A stretch of DNA of 64,000 nt from positions 2,112,001-2,176,000 of the forward strand of contig OZ244999.1 of assembly GCA_965223265.1 (NCBI GenBank). The letters are read 5' to 3'. Below the pieces are notes generated by a model. It had not been told where the DNA came from. It made no database searches and saw only the letters and a program-made list of their open reading frames with translations. Origin of the DNA: Planctomycetota bacterium. Lineage in GTDB: Bacteria; Planctomycetota; UBA8108; SXIK01. A program made the translations under genes and the position numbers. This document shows positions 1 through 9,721 of this stretch, in pieces. How positions within the stretch are numbered: position 1 is the stretch's first letter; every line of letters begins with the position of its first letter.

Positions 1-1
1 G

Positions 2-265
2 CCGTTCTGCGACAAGAAGGCATTTCGTGGCGTGAAGCCCACGAAGGGAGAAGTCTACCACAAAGTCGAAGGCGCGCGCGGAGAGGTCGGCTTTCACTTG
101 GTGAGCGACGGCTCGACGCAGCCCTATCGTCTGAAAGCGCGTGCACCGTCGTTCTGTAACATCAGCGTTCTCGACACCCTGACTGCGCGCGGCGACTGCA
201 TGCTCGCGGACGTCGTCGCTCTGATCGGCAGCTTGGATATCGTCATGGGGGAGGTTGACCGTTGA
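2..265 (+). CDS. nuoD: NADH-quinone oxidoreductase subunit D, C-terminal part (5' truncated by window)
   Basis: Frame open from the window start; EGARGE..G, PYRLKARAPSF.N and the terminal LADVVALIGSLDIVMGEVDR are the NuoD C-terminal signature. Confidence 0.95.
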   Translation, partial: PFCDKKAFRGVKPTKGEVYHKVEGARGEVGFHLVSDGSTQPYRLKARAPSFCNISVLDTLTARGDCMLADVVALIGSLDIVMGEVDR

Positions 266-1512
266 ATTCGTTCTGGGCTTCAAAGATTGCGGTGACTCTT
301 CTCGGCCAGGCAGCTGCAGACGCGCCGCGTTCGGTCGAACAGCTCAATGCCGCCCGCGGCACGCGAGAGCACGGAGCGCACTATCTGGAGTCGCTCGCAG
401 AGAACGTCACCGGTGAGAACTTTTCTACGTACGTCGGGCTCGAGGGTGTTGTTGTTGGACTGACGATGCTCGTCGTCTGCTTGATGGTCTTCGGGTTCAT
501 CAACGTCTTTGCGCTTTTTGCAGTTTGGCTTGAACGTAAGGTCTCCGCGCACATGCAGTGTCGATTGGGGCCAATGGAGGTTGGCCCACACGGTGCGCTG
601 CAGACACTTGCCGACGGGCTCAAGCTCATCGCGAAAGAAGACATCGTGCCGCGGTTAGCCAACCGGACGCTTTTCGCGCTGGCGCCGATGGTCGTTTTCG
701 CCGGTGTCCTGATCCGTTTTGTGCCGTTGCCGTTCGGTGAGCATCTGATCCCCAGCGACATGCACCTCGGCCTTTTCTTCATCGCCGCGGTCGGATCGAC
801 CGAAGTTCTTGGCGTGATCATGGCGGGGTGGTCTTCGAACAACAAATGGTCAATGTTTGCGACCATCCGCACGGCGACGCAGATGGTCAGCTACGAGATT
901 CCGATCGGACTGGCGTTCGTCACAGTGGTGGTGCTCGCCGGGACCTTCTCGCTCAACGACATCGTCATGCAACAAGAGGGCTGGTTTTTCAGCTGGTTTC
1001 TCTTCCGGAATCCTTTCATGCCGCTCCTTCTGCTTGTTTACGTCATTGCCAGTCTGGCGGAGTGTAAGCGAGCACCTTTCGATCTTCCGGAAGCGGAATC
1101 GGAGCTCGTGTCCGGATTCCACACCGAGTATAGCGGCATGCGATTCGGCCTCTTCTTCATGGCCGAGTACGGAGCGATGTATCTCGTCGCCGCCGTCGCC
1201 GCCGTTCTCTATCTCGGTGGCTGGTGGAGCGGGATTCCGATGATCGACAACATCGGACGCGGTCCGGACGACTCTGCGCTTCTCGTTGCACTCGGAATAG
1301 GAATCAAAGCCGGAGTGCTGATTTCGAAGGCGGTGGTTCTAGTGTTTGTGCAGATGTGGGTGCGGTGGACGCTGCCGCGGATTCGTCTCGACCAAATGAT
1401 GTATATCTGTTGGAAGGTCCTCTTGCCCATTAGCCTCGTGTCGCTTGTCGGCGCCACGCTTTGGGAGTTGGCCTCCGGAGGGGCTTCCTTCTTCGGGTTT
1501 GGGCCAGCCTGA
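262..1512 (+). CDS. nuoH: NADH-quinone oxidoreductase subunit H
   Basis: WLERKVSAHMQCRLGP, LQTLADGLKLIAKED, RAPFDLPEAESELVSGFHTEYSG, WVRWTLPRIRLDQ; TTG start overlaps the nuoD stop (start uncertain). Confidence 0.97.
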   Translation: MNSFWASKIAVTLLGQAAADAPRSVEQLNAARGTREHGAHYLESLAENVTGENFSTYVGLEGVVVGLTMLVVCLMVFGFINVFALFAVWLERKVSAHMQCRLGPMEVGPHGALQTLADGLKLIAKEDIVPRLANRTLFALAPMVVFAGVLIRFVPLPFGEHLIPSDMHLGLFFIAAVGSTEVLGVIMAGWSSNNKWSMFATIRTATQMVSYEIPIGLAFVTVVVLAGTFSLNDIVMQQEGWFFSWFLFRNPFMPLLLLVYVIASLAECKRAPFDLPEAESELVSGFHTEYSGMRFGLFFMAEYGAMYLVAAVAAVLYLGGWWSGIPMIDNIGRGPDDSALLVALGIGIKAGVLISKAVVLVFVQMWVRWTLPRIRLDQMMYICWKVLLPISLVSLVGATLWELASGGASFFGFGPA

Positions 1513-1577
1513 TCGCAGGCCTTGGCAGACGCGATTTGATTCTCCGTAATTTCGATTAGGACGCTTAGGGCTTAGAC

Positions 1578-2162
1578 ATGTCAGTCGGTCGCTACTTCTC
1601 GGACATCTTCAAAGTGAGCAAGTCGATTTGCATCGGCATGGGGATAACGCTGAAGTACTTCCTTAACTACAAGAAGCACACATGTACGGTGCAGTATCCA
1701 CGTGAGCGTGAATTGATTCCGCCGCGGCATCGAGGGCTCCACTATCTGGAGACCGAAAAGTGCGTCATGTGTTGGAAGTGCTCCGATATCTGCCCCGTCG
1801 ACTGCATCTACATCGAGGGGACTCGTGGCTCCGACGGCGTCCTCGAAGGTGGCTATCGCGGCCAGAAGGCGACGCTGGCGAAGTTTACGGTCGACTACAC
1901 CGTATGCATTTTTTGCGGGCTATGCGAGGAGCCGTGTCCACCGAAGTGCATTTATCTTGGGCCGGACTTCGACTTTCACGCGACCGACCGCACCATGATG
2001 GAAAAGAATCTTCTCACCGATGAGGTGTACACCGAAGAGGACGAGAAGTTCGTGCAGTGGGCGCGAGGAGAGAACGAGCGATTGATGGCCGACAAGAAGC
2101 GGCGTGCTGCTGAGGAGAAGGCCAAGGCGGCGGCCAACAAGCCTACTGACAAGAAGAAGTGA
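1578..2162 (+). CDS. nuoI: NADH-quinone oxidoreductase subunit I (2x[4Fe-4S])
   Basis: TVQYP; two CxxCxxCxxxCP motifs (CVMCWKCSDICP, CIFCGLCEEPCP); position in operon. Confidence 0.95.
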   Translation: MSVGRYFSDIFKVSKSICIGMGITLKYFLNYKKHTCTVQYPRERELIPPRHRGLHYLETEKCVMCWKCSDICPVDCIYIEGTRGSDGVLEGGYRGQKATLAKFTVDYTVCIFCGLCEEPCPPKCIYLGPDFDFHATDRTMMEKNLLTDEVYTEEDEKFVQWARGENERLMADKKRRAAEEKAKAAANKPTDKKK

Positions 2163-2465
2163 GGCGTGGATTCGGTGCGGTAGTGGTTGATTCCGCAGAG
2201 CCGGTGCGGGCGATTGGTGCTCGCGATCACGGCCGCGAAGCTCTTCGATTCGAACCAACAGAGATAGGGTTGTCAGACTGAGTGAAATGTTGTAGGACTC
2301 TGCTTTTCTCGCCGCGGCTGGTCCGTCGTGCGGATCGAGAGAGGGCACGTTTGCGGCCCGAAGATGAAGAACGTTCCACTGATATTCACGTCTGACTGTA
2401 GTGTGAAAAAGCCTCCGAAAACTAGACGGAAGAAGTCGCGGTAGCTCAAAAAGGGAAACGGCCAA

Positions 2466-3041
2466 ATGGAGTGGTTCAGCAACCTCATGTTCTGGGTGTT
2501 CGCCGTCGCGGCGATACTCCCGGCGTTCTTCGTGCTCGTCTCGCGCGAGATCGTCCACATGGCGTTTTGGTTGCTTCTCAGCCTGGCGGGCTTCGCCGGA
2601 CTTTACTTGCAGATCGGCGCCGGCTTTCTTGGATTCACTCAGGTCGTCGTCTACATCGGCGGCATCTTGATCTTGCTGCTCTTCGGTATCATGTTGACAC
2701 AGAAGTTAGACGTGCCGCTCCGCGAACGTCAGAGTTGGACATTTGTGTTGCCGGGGGTGTTTGCTGGTTTTCTGGTGATCGTCGGGCTTGTTGCCATCGC
2801 CGTAGCAACACCGTGGAGCGTCGTGGAGACGACGGCAAGCGAGTACGCGGCTCCAGACATTGGCGCGGCCTTCATGAGTACGTACGTGCTGCCGTTCGAG
2901 GCGGTTTCTGTCTTGCTGCTCGTCGCCATGGTCGGCGCGAGCTATTTGATTCGGAGGGACGAGAAGGTTCCCGACGAATCGGAAGACAGCGCGGGCGAGG
3001 TCACTAGCAATGAATCTTCCTCGCAAGGGGGCGCGCCATGA
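2466..3041 (+). CDS. nuoJ: NADH-quinone oxidoreductase subunit J
   Basis: QVVVYIGGILILLLFGIMLT and YVLPFEAVSVLLLVAMVGA motifs. Confidence 0.95.
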   Translation: MEWFSNLMFWVFAVAAILPAFFVLVSREIVHMAFWLLLSLAGFAGLYLQIGAGFLGFTQVVVYIGGILILLLFGIMLTQKLDVPLRERQSWTFVLPGVFAGFLVIVGLVAIAVATPWSVVETTASEYAAPDIGAAFMSTYVLPFEAVSVLLLVAMVGASYLIRRDEKVPDESEDSAGEVTSNESSSQGGAP

Positions 3042-3454
3042 GTTTCTTTCAGCTTGGAGTTGTACGACTGAGCGAACTGATCTTGCCGTTGGCGCAGGCG
3101 GGTGAAGCACAGGCGAGCGAAGCGCAGATCGCCGCGGCGAGCGGAGAGATCGGTTTGACGCACTATCTCGTTGTCAGTGCACTCAGTTTTGGCTTCGGAC
3201 TCATGGTCATTATCACGCGACGTAACACGATCGCAGTGCTCATGGGGATCGAGCTTATGCTCAACGCGGCTGGACTCAACTTCGTGGCTTTTTCAAAGTT
3301 CACGCACGCCAGTCCGGTGGACGGCCAAGTCGTGACTCTGTTTTTGATCGTGATCGCTGCCGCCGAAGCCGCGGTGGCTCTCGCGATCGCACTCAACTTG
3401 TTCAATAACCTCAACACGGTCGAAGTGACGGACGCGCGCTCCTTGAAGGGGTAG
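3038..3454 (+). CDS. nuoK: NADH-quinone oxidoreductase subunit K
   Basis: RRNTIAVLMGIELMLNAAGLNF, IAAAEAAVALA; ATGA overlap with nuoJ. Confidence 0.95.
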   Translation: MSFFQLGVVRLSELILPLAQAGEAQASEAQIAAASGEIGLTHYLVVSALSFGFGLMVIITRRNTIAVLMGIELMLNAAGLNFVAFSKFTHASPVDGQVVTLFLIVIAAAEAAVALAIALNLFNNLNTVEVTDARSLKG

Positions 3455-3506
3455 GTGCGTACGGCACCGGTGTGGCCGGACGGACTGAGACGAAAGCGAA
3501 TCGGGA

Positions 3507-5645
3507 ATGCCTCAGAGCACTGAGCAGGTCGACCTTTGTCGGTGGGCGCTGGCGATCTTTGTTTTGCCCCTCGCCGGTTTCGTTGTTCAGGCCTTCTTTG
3601 GCAAGAAGCTACCGCGGCAGGGTGACTGGGTGCCGACCCTATGTATCTTCGCCGGCCTCGTCATCTGCTGCGTGTTCATGTTGCCACCGTTTTTCGCTTC
3701 GGAACACGGCATTGAAGCGCAGCGCTGGTATCCGCAGCTCGGTCTCAATTGGCTAAATGTCGGCGGCGGCGACATGGGCACTGGTGGCTTCACCCTTCAC
3801 TTTGGCGTTTTCGTCGACAATTTGACGGTCGTGATGCTGTTCGTTGTCACGCTGGTCAGCTTCCTCGTGCACCTCTATTCCTGGGGATATATGCACGGCG
3901 AGGAACGCTACAACCGCTTCTTCGCTTACTTGGCGCTGTTTTCGTTCGCCATGCTCGGCCTCTGCATCTCCAGCAACCTGCTGTTCCTTTTCATCTTTTG
4001 GGAGCTGGTTGGACTGTGTTCGTACTTCTTGATTGGTTTCTACTTCGAGAAGAAGTCCGCGCAGCATGCATCGATCAAAGCGTTCATGACAACGCGCATC
4101 GGCGACCTCGGGTTTTTCATCGCCATACTCATCATTGCAGCCCAGGTTCGGTCGCTTGAATTCCATGACATCTTCGAAAGCCTGCGCGACGGGACGACGT
4201 GGGTCGGCGCGGCAGCAGCGCTGTTGACCTTCTCAGGGATCGCGCTCTTTTTCGGCCCGATTGGCAAGTCGGCGCAGTTTCCTCTGCACGTCTGGTTGCC
4301 CGACGCCATGGAGGGACCGACACCGGTCTCGGCTCTCATTCACGCCGCCACCATGGTCGCGGCCGGAGTTTATCTCGTGGGCCGCATGTTTCCGTTTCTC
4401 GCTGGGCCGGAGTATTTCCAGGGGAATTTCTTCGAGAGCGACGCACTTTACTTCGTCGCCCTCATCGGTGGCTTCACCGCGTTCTTCGCTGCGACGATCG
4501 CCTTCGCGCAGAACGACATCAAGAAGGTGCTTGCCTACTCCACGATTTCTCAGCTGGGCTACATGATGTTGGGCCTCGGTGTCGGGAGTGTTTACGCTGG
4601 ACTGTTTCACCTGACGACCCACGCGTTCTTCAAGGCGCTACTCTTCCTCGGTTCGGGAAGCGTGATTCACGCCGTTCACTCCAACGAGATGAGCGACATG
4701 GGCGGGCTTTCGAAGAAGATGCGCATCACGTGGATCACTTTCATGATCGGCACGCTGGCGATTGCGGGGTTGCCGCTGCTGTCAGGGTTCTATTCGAAGG
4801 ATGCGATCTTGGCGCAGGCGTACGCGTTTGGGGAGCACCGCGGCTCGACGCTAGCGTGGCTACCCTACATCCTCGGCGTCGTCACGGCTGGGATGACGTG
4901 CTTCTACATGTTCCGGATGTTCTTTAAGACGTTCCATGGGCCGCCACAAAACGAGAAGGCGTATTCCCACGCGCACGAGTCACCGTGGACGATGACGGTA
5001 CCGTTGATCGTTCTCGCGGTCCTGTCTGTGATTGCCGGTGGCGTCATGGGAACAGGGACCGATCATTGGTTTGAGCACCGCGTGAGTTCCGGTGTCCTGT
5101 ATGCTCATGCCGAGGGAGAGATCTTTCAGCACGTCGATCATGTCGTGCACGAGGCCCACGGCAGCGTCATGATGACGGCGACGCTCATGTTCGTTTTGGG
5201 GCTTGCCGTCTCGGCGCTTTTCTTCTCCCCCATGGGGCCACTGCGAGGCAAGGACGTCGTCGGCAGCGGCCCGCTCGCGCCTCTGAATGCCTGCCTCAGA
5301 AACCTCTGGTTCATCGATGCTTTCTACACGTGGCTCGTTTTGCGGGTGCTGCACGTGTTTAGCTTTGCGAGTGGCTTCATCGACAAGTACTTCGTCGATG
5401 GATTTGTGAACTTCTGGGGTGGCCTATGCCGCTATGTCAGCAGTGTGGTCGGCACGCTCGATTACCACGGCGTGGATGGATCCGTGCGTGGCATTGGCGA
5501 GACGACGCTGTGGGGCGGTCGGCGCGCCAGACGACTGCAGACCGGTTTCTTGCAGCAGTATGTGTATGCGTCGGTCTTTCTCTTTGCCGGCGTCGTGTTG
5601 ATCGCGTTCCTGGTGTATGTCTTCTGGCATCCCGGTTTGAATTGA
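3507..5645 (+). CDS. nuoL: NADH-quinone oxidoreductase subunit L
   Basis: FIFWELVGLCSYFLIGF, GKSAQFPLHVWLPDAMEGPTPVSALIHAATMV, DIKKVLAYSTISQLG, HAFFKALLFL. Confidence 0.97.
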   Translation: MPQSTEQVDLCRWALAIFVLPLAGFVVQAFFGKKLPRQGDWVPTLCIFAGLVICCVFMLPPFFASEHGIEAQRWYPQLGLNWLNVGGGDMGTGGFTLHFGVFVDNLTVVMLFVVTLVSFLVHLYSWGYMHGEERYNRFFAYLALFSFAMLGLCISSNLLFLFIFWELVGLCSYFLIGFYFEKKSAQHASIKAFMTTRIGDLGFFIAILIIAAQVRSLEFHDIFESLRDGTTWVGAAAALLTFSGIALFFGPIGKSAQFPLHVWLPDAMEGPTPVSALIHAATMVAAGVYLVGRMFPFLAGPEYFQGNFFESDALYFVALIGGFTAFFAATIAFAQNDIKKVLAYSTISQLGYMMLGLGVGSVYAGLFHLTTHAFFKALLFLGSGSVIHAVHSNEMSDMGGLSKKMRITWITFMIGTLAIAGLPLLSGFYSKDAILAQAYAFGEHRGSTLAWLPYILGVVTAGMTCFYMFRMFFKTFHGPPQNEKAYSHAHESPWTMTVPLIVLAVLSVIAGGVMGTGTDHWFEHRVSSGVLYAHAEGEIFQHVDHVVHEAHGSVMMTATLMFVLGLAVSALFFSPMGPLRGKDVVGSGPLAPLNACLRNLWFIDAFYTWLVLRVLHVFSFASGFIDKYFVDGFVNFWGGLCRYVSSVVGTLDYHGVDGSVRGIGETTLWGGRRARRLQTGFLQQYVYASVFLFAGVVLIAFLVYVFWHPGLN

Positions 5646-5704
5646 ATTAGCTCAAGCTCGGGACGCTCCCGTGCGCGAGATCTGCTGAGGATTGAGTTGA
5701 GCTC

Positions 5705-7474
5705 ATGATTACTCTTACTTGGTGCATCTTTCTGCCTTTGATCACGGCGGCGGTGCTACTCTTGATCCCCGGAACGTGGAAGCCGCTGATTAAGTTGGTT
5801 TCCATTGCTGGCTCGATCGTCACGTTCATCATCGCGATCTTGCTCGTGCGCCAGTACTCCGGTGACACGCCGGACGCTGTCGAAGCACTCAAGAACCGTC
5901 AGGACACGCTGCTGGCGAAGACTTACCTGGGCGACGCGTACGCCTCGCCAGAGGGCAAAGAGCGTTGGAAACGCGAGTTTTTGACGCCCGACGAAGACGG
6001 CCTCTACAGACTATCTGCCGAGCAGAAAGCGAACTTCACGCCGGCAGCGTTTGAGGCGTGGGACGAGTGTGTTGAGCTCAGCTACGCCATAGGCGTCGCC
6101 CAGGCGAAACACTTGCGTTTCGTTGAATACGTCCCGTGGATCTCGAAATTCAACATCAACTATTTCCTCGGTGCCGATGGCTTGAGTTTGCCGCTGATTT
6201 GGCTCACGGCGTTACTCTCGGTGCTCTGTCTCGTCTACTCGTGGAACATCGATAAGGGAACGAAGGGGTACTACATCCTGTTTCTCCTCTTGGAGGGCGG
6301 GCTCATCGGTGTTTTCTGCGCGCTCGACTTCTTTTTGTTCTACGTGTTCTGGGAAGTCGTGTTGCTGCCGATGTACTTCCTCATCGGTATTTGGGGCGGT
6401 ACCAATCGGCTCTATGCCGCAATCAAGTTCTTCATCTACACGCTGGTCGGCTCTGTGCTCATGCTGATCGCGATGTTGATCATGTACTTCGTCTCCGAGC
6501 CCAACACGTTCAACATGTTGACACTCATGGCCATGGAGCCCTTTTTCTTCCATGGTGGTGTTTTGGGTGTGTCGCTCTTTCTGCTTCTGTTCATCGGTTT
6601 TGCCATCAAGGTGCCGATCTTCCCGTTCCACACTTGGCTACCGGACGCGCACGTTGAGGCGCCGACGGCTGTCAGCGTCATGCTGGCCGGGATTTTGCTA
6701 AAGATGGGTGGCTACGGTCTCTTCCGAATCTCCTATCCCATGCTGCCTTCTCAGGCCACGAAGCAAGTGTTCATCGCCTTGATCGCGGCGCTCGCCATGG
6801 TCAATATCATCTACGGGGCGTTTTGCGCCCTGGCGCAAAAGGACTTCAAGAAACTGGTCGCCTACTCATCCGTGAGTCACATGGGTTACGTGCTCCTTGG
6901 CCTGGCGGCGTTGACGTCGGCCGGAGTGACCGGCGCGGCCCTGCAAATGTTCAACCACGGCGTCTCGAGCGCCATGCTCTTCCTGGTCGTCGGCGTCATT
7001 TACGACCGTGCGCACCATCGTGACCTGACTCGTTTCGGCGGCATCGGGTTGCAGATGCCGTGGTACACGGGGATCGCCACGGTGGGCTTCTTCGCCTCCC
7101 TTGGACTCCCGACACTGAACGGGTTCGTCAGCGAATTCCTTTGTTTCATGGGAGCCTGGGACTCGAAGTCCAGTCTCATCACAGTCGCTGGACACGGCCT
7201 TGGCGCACGGTGGATCGTTTACGTCTGTCTCTTGGGCGTCGTGCTTGGCGCTGTCTATATCCTTTGGACGATCCAGCGGGTCTACCTCGGACAGATCAAA
7301 AACGAAGAATACAAGCGCTTCCCGGACGTCAATTTCCGCGAAGTGGTCGCGCTCGTACCGTTGGCTTTTCTGTGCATCCTCCTGGGGGTCTACCCGAGTC
7401 TGCTCATCGACTTTATGGACGGCTCACTGCAGTCAATGACGGAAATGGTGCGCGCGGTTCTCTCCAACGGTTAA
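5705..7474 (+). CDS. nuoM: NADH-quinone oxidoreductase subunit M
   Basis: FYVFWEVVLLPMY, AIKVPIFPFHTWLPDAHVEAPT, KKLVAYSSVSHMG. Confidence 0.97.
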   Translation: MITLTWCIFLPLITAAVLLLIPGTWKPLIKLVSIAGSIVTFIIAILLVRQYSGDTPDAVEALKNRQDTLLAKTYLGDAYASPEGKERWKREFLTPDEDGLYRLSAEQKANFTPAAFEAWDECVELSYAIGVAQAKHLRFVEYVPWISKFNINYFLGADGLSLPLIWLTALLSVLCLVYSWNIDKGTKGYYILFLLLEGGLIGVFCALDFFLFYVFWEVVLLPMYFLIGIWGGTNRLYAAIKFFIYTLVGSVLMLIAMLIMYFVSEPNTFNMLTLMAMEPFFFHGGVLGVSLFLLLFIGFAIKVPIFPFHTWLPDAHVEAPTAVSVMLAGILLKMGGYGLFRISYPMLPSQATKQVFIALIAALAMVNIIYGAFCALAQKDFKKLVAYSSVSHMGYVLLGLAALTSAGVTGAALQMFNHGVSSAMLFLVVGVIYDRAHHRDLTRFGGIGLQMPWYTGIATVGFFASLGLPTLNGFVSEFLCFMGAWDSKSSLITVAGHGLGARWIVYVCLLGVVLGAVYILWTIQRVYLGQIKNEEYKRFPDVNFREVVALVPLAFLCILLGVYPSLLIDFMDGSLQSMTEMVRAVLSNG

Positions 7475-7490
7475 CAGAAGTAACAACACC

Positions 7491-9143
7491 ATGCAGGTTG
7501 GCCTACTCAGCTCTGAGCTCTTCTCGACGACGTGCCTCGCCGCCGTCGACGCGGCGGCTTTCGCCGAAACCTTTGTGCCCGCGATTCTGCAGGGTGTGGA
7601 GCAACTCGGTGCCGAGCTGCGCGTCGTGGTCGCAGCCGCGGCCATCCTTCTCCTCGACCTGTTTTTGCCGCTGCGCTGGTCACGCCAGCTCGCCTGGGTG
7701 GCGGTCCTGGCCTGCATCTGGCCTCTCGCTTCGATCCACGTGCCCGAAGAAGGCCAGTCACTCTTTCTCGGCATGATGGCGATCGACTCGTTCTCATGCT
7801 TTTTCAAAGTGCTGTTTTTGGTCGGCGCGATTCCCGTCGTTCTTCTCAGCTACGTCTCTGAGGAGCTCAAGGGAAGACGAATGGGGGAGTACTACTTCAT
7901 CCTCCTCGTGTCGCTCTTTGGCGGCATGCTCATGGCGTCGTCGACGCATTTTCTCATGCTCTTCTTGTCGCTTGAGATTTTGAGCGTCTGTTCCTACGTC
8001 CTGGTCGGTTACTTGCGCGGCAATCGACGCGGCGCGGAAGCTGCACTGAAGTACATCATCTACGGCAGCGTTGCCGCAGCGATCATGGGTTTCGGTTTCT
8101 CGCTCTGGTATGGGCTGACCGGCTCGGGACACATCGAGTCGCTCGCGCAGCTGCTTTGGAATCCTGAAAACGAGATTTACTCTGAGAGAGCGATGGAGCT
8201 GCGAACGATCATCGCGGCCACAGCGGCGCTGCTGTGCATCTTCGTAGGCTTCGCCTACAAGATTTCGTCGATCCCGATGCATTTTTGGGCGCCCGACGTC
8301 TACGAGGGCGCGCCCACTGCGATCACCGCGTTTCTCTCCGTTCTGTCGAAGGCGGCTGGGTTTGCCATTGCGATTCGGTTCTTCGAGGCGCTCGCAGGTT
8401 CGATCGGTGACGCGATTGCACAGAGTGAAGCGTTGAACAGCCTTTGGACAGCGCTCGATTGGCGCCTTCTCTTGATCGCCCTGTCGATCATCACCATGAC
8501 CTTCGGCAACCTGGCGGCGCTGTGGCAGACGAACATGAAGCGCCTGATGGCCTACTCGTCTATCGCGCATGCGGGCTATCTCATGATGGGGCTGACGATC
8601 CTCGGCCTGACGTCGGCGAAGTACACAGGCACGCAGACGATCGCATTCTACCTCCTCGCCTATCTGGCGATGAACTTCGGCGCGTTCGCCGTCGTCATCC
8701 TTCTCGAGAACCGTGTCGGCTCGTCGGAGCTGTCGGCGTACGGCGGCCTCGGTTCCCGAGCGCCCTTCCTGGCAGCGTCCCTCACCGTGTTTCTCTTTTC
8801 ACTCATCGGTGTGCCGCCGACCGCCGGCTTTCTTGCCAAGTTTCACCTCTTCATGGGCGTGATTGACGTTGCCGGGCCGGTGGTTGACGGCGACGAGCCG
8901 ACGTATCTCTATCGATATTACGTCTTGGCTTTCGCCGCCGCAGTCAACACGGCGGTGTCAGCGTATTACTATCTCAGGATCGCCAAAACGATGTACTTCG
9001 AGAAGTCCTCCGAGAGCACAAGCCTTGAATCGCCCGTGCTGGGACGCCTCGTCGTCGCCAGCATGGTGTTCTTGACGTTCTATTTGCTCTTCAAGGCGGA
9101 GACGATTCTCAAGTCAACTCTGGACCTACAGCTCCACCTATGA
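7491..9143 (+). CDS. nuoN: NADH-quinone oxidoreductase subunit N
   Basis: EAALKY, PMHFWAPDVYEGAPT, KRLMAYSSIAHAGY, SLIGVPPTAGF, YYYLRI. Confidence 0.97.
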   Translation: MQVGLLSSELFSTTCLAAVDAAAFAETFVPAILQGVEQLGAELRVVVAAAAILLLDLFLPLRWSRQLAWVAVLACIWPLASIHVPEEGQSLFLGMMAIDSFSCFFKVLFLVGAIPVVLLSYVSEELKGRRMGEYYFILLVSLFGGMLMASSTHFLMLFLSLEILSVCSYVLVGYLRGNRRGAEAALKYIIYGSVAAAIMGFGFSLWYGLTGSGHIESLAQLLWNPENEIYSERAMELRTIIAATAALLCIFVGFAYKISSIPMHFWAPDVYEGAPTAITAFLSVLSKAAGFAIAIRFFEALAGSIGDAIAQSEALNSLWTALDWRLLLIALSIITMTFGNLAALWQTNMKRLMAYSSIAHAGYLMMGLTILGLTSAKYTGTQTIAFYLLAYLAMNFGAFAVVILLENRVGSSELSAYGGLGSRAPFLAASLTVFLFSLIGVPPTAGFLAKFHLFMGVIDVAGPVVDGDEPTYLYRYYVLAFAAAVNTAVSAYYYLRIAKTMYFEKSSESTSLESPVLGRLVVASMVFLTFYLLFKAETILKSTLDLQLHL

Positions 9144-9631
9144 TCGACGCCGCACTGATCGACACGCTCGAAGAAGTCTACGCCCTCGAAAGCACGTCAT
9201 TCGTCCGCTACATCATTTGGAATGCTGAGATCCAGGTGGACGACGACTTTGATCGCAAGGTGAGATCTTTTCTAAAAGATTGGTGCCGGACCGGCGACCT
9301 CAATAGAACCGCGTTCGTTGAGCTTCTTAGTGAACAAGACCACATCGTCGAAACCTACAGCTATCCGATTCGATACTCCGAGTATCACTACCTCAAGGCG
9401 AGCTATCTGCTCCGTCCGGCTGTGCGCTTCATGACGGACACGCTCGCGGAAATCGAAGCTCGGTCGGCGGGCCTGGCGGGCTGGCCGCGGGCGAGACAGC
9501 TCGTCGATGCGGTCGTCGAGCGCGAGAGGCCGTTTCTGGAGCGCGCCAAGGAGCTCGAGGCGCAAAGCCGCGAGCGACCCTCGCCCGAAGCGCCGCCGAA
9601 GATCAAGGGGAGCAGCGCGTCGCGCTGGTAG
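9140..9631 (+). CDS. Hypothetical helical protein (possibly ferritin-like), translationally coupled to nuoN
   Basis: 163-aa ORF with ATGA overlap on the nuoN stop; soluble, helical-looking sequence; fold is a guess. Confidence 0.75.
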   Translation: MIDAALIDTLEEVYALESTSFVRYIIWNAEIQVDDDFDRKVRSFLKDWCRTGDLNRTAFVELLSEQDHIVETYSYPIRYSEYHYLKASYLLRPAVRFMTDTLAEIEARSAGLAGWPRARQLVDAVVERERPFLERAKELEAQSRERPSPEAPPKIKGSSASRW

Positions 9632-9721
9632 CGGCGCAGGCGTTTCGACTGGTCCTGCCGGAGTCGTCCGTCCGACGCTTTTTTCTTTGCCGGCACTCGA
9701 GCAGACGCGAAGATTGAGGGC

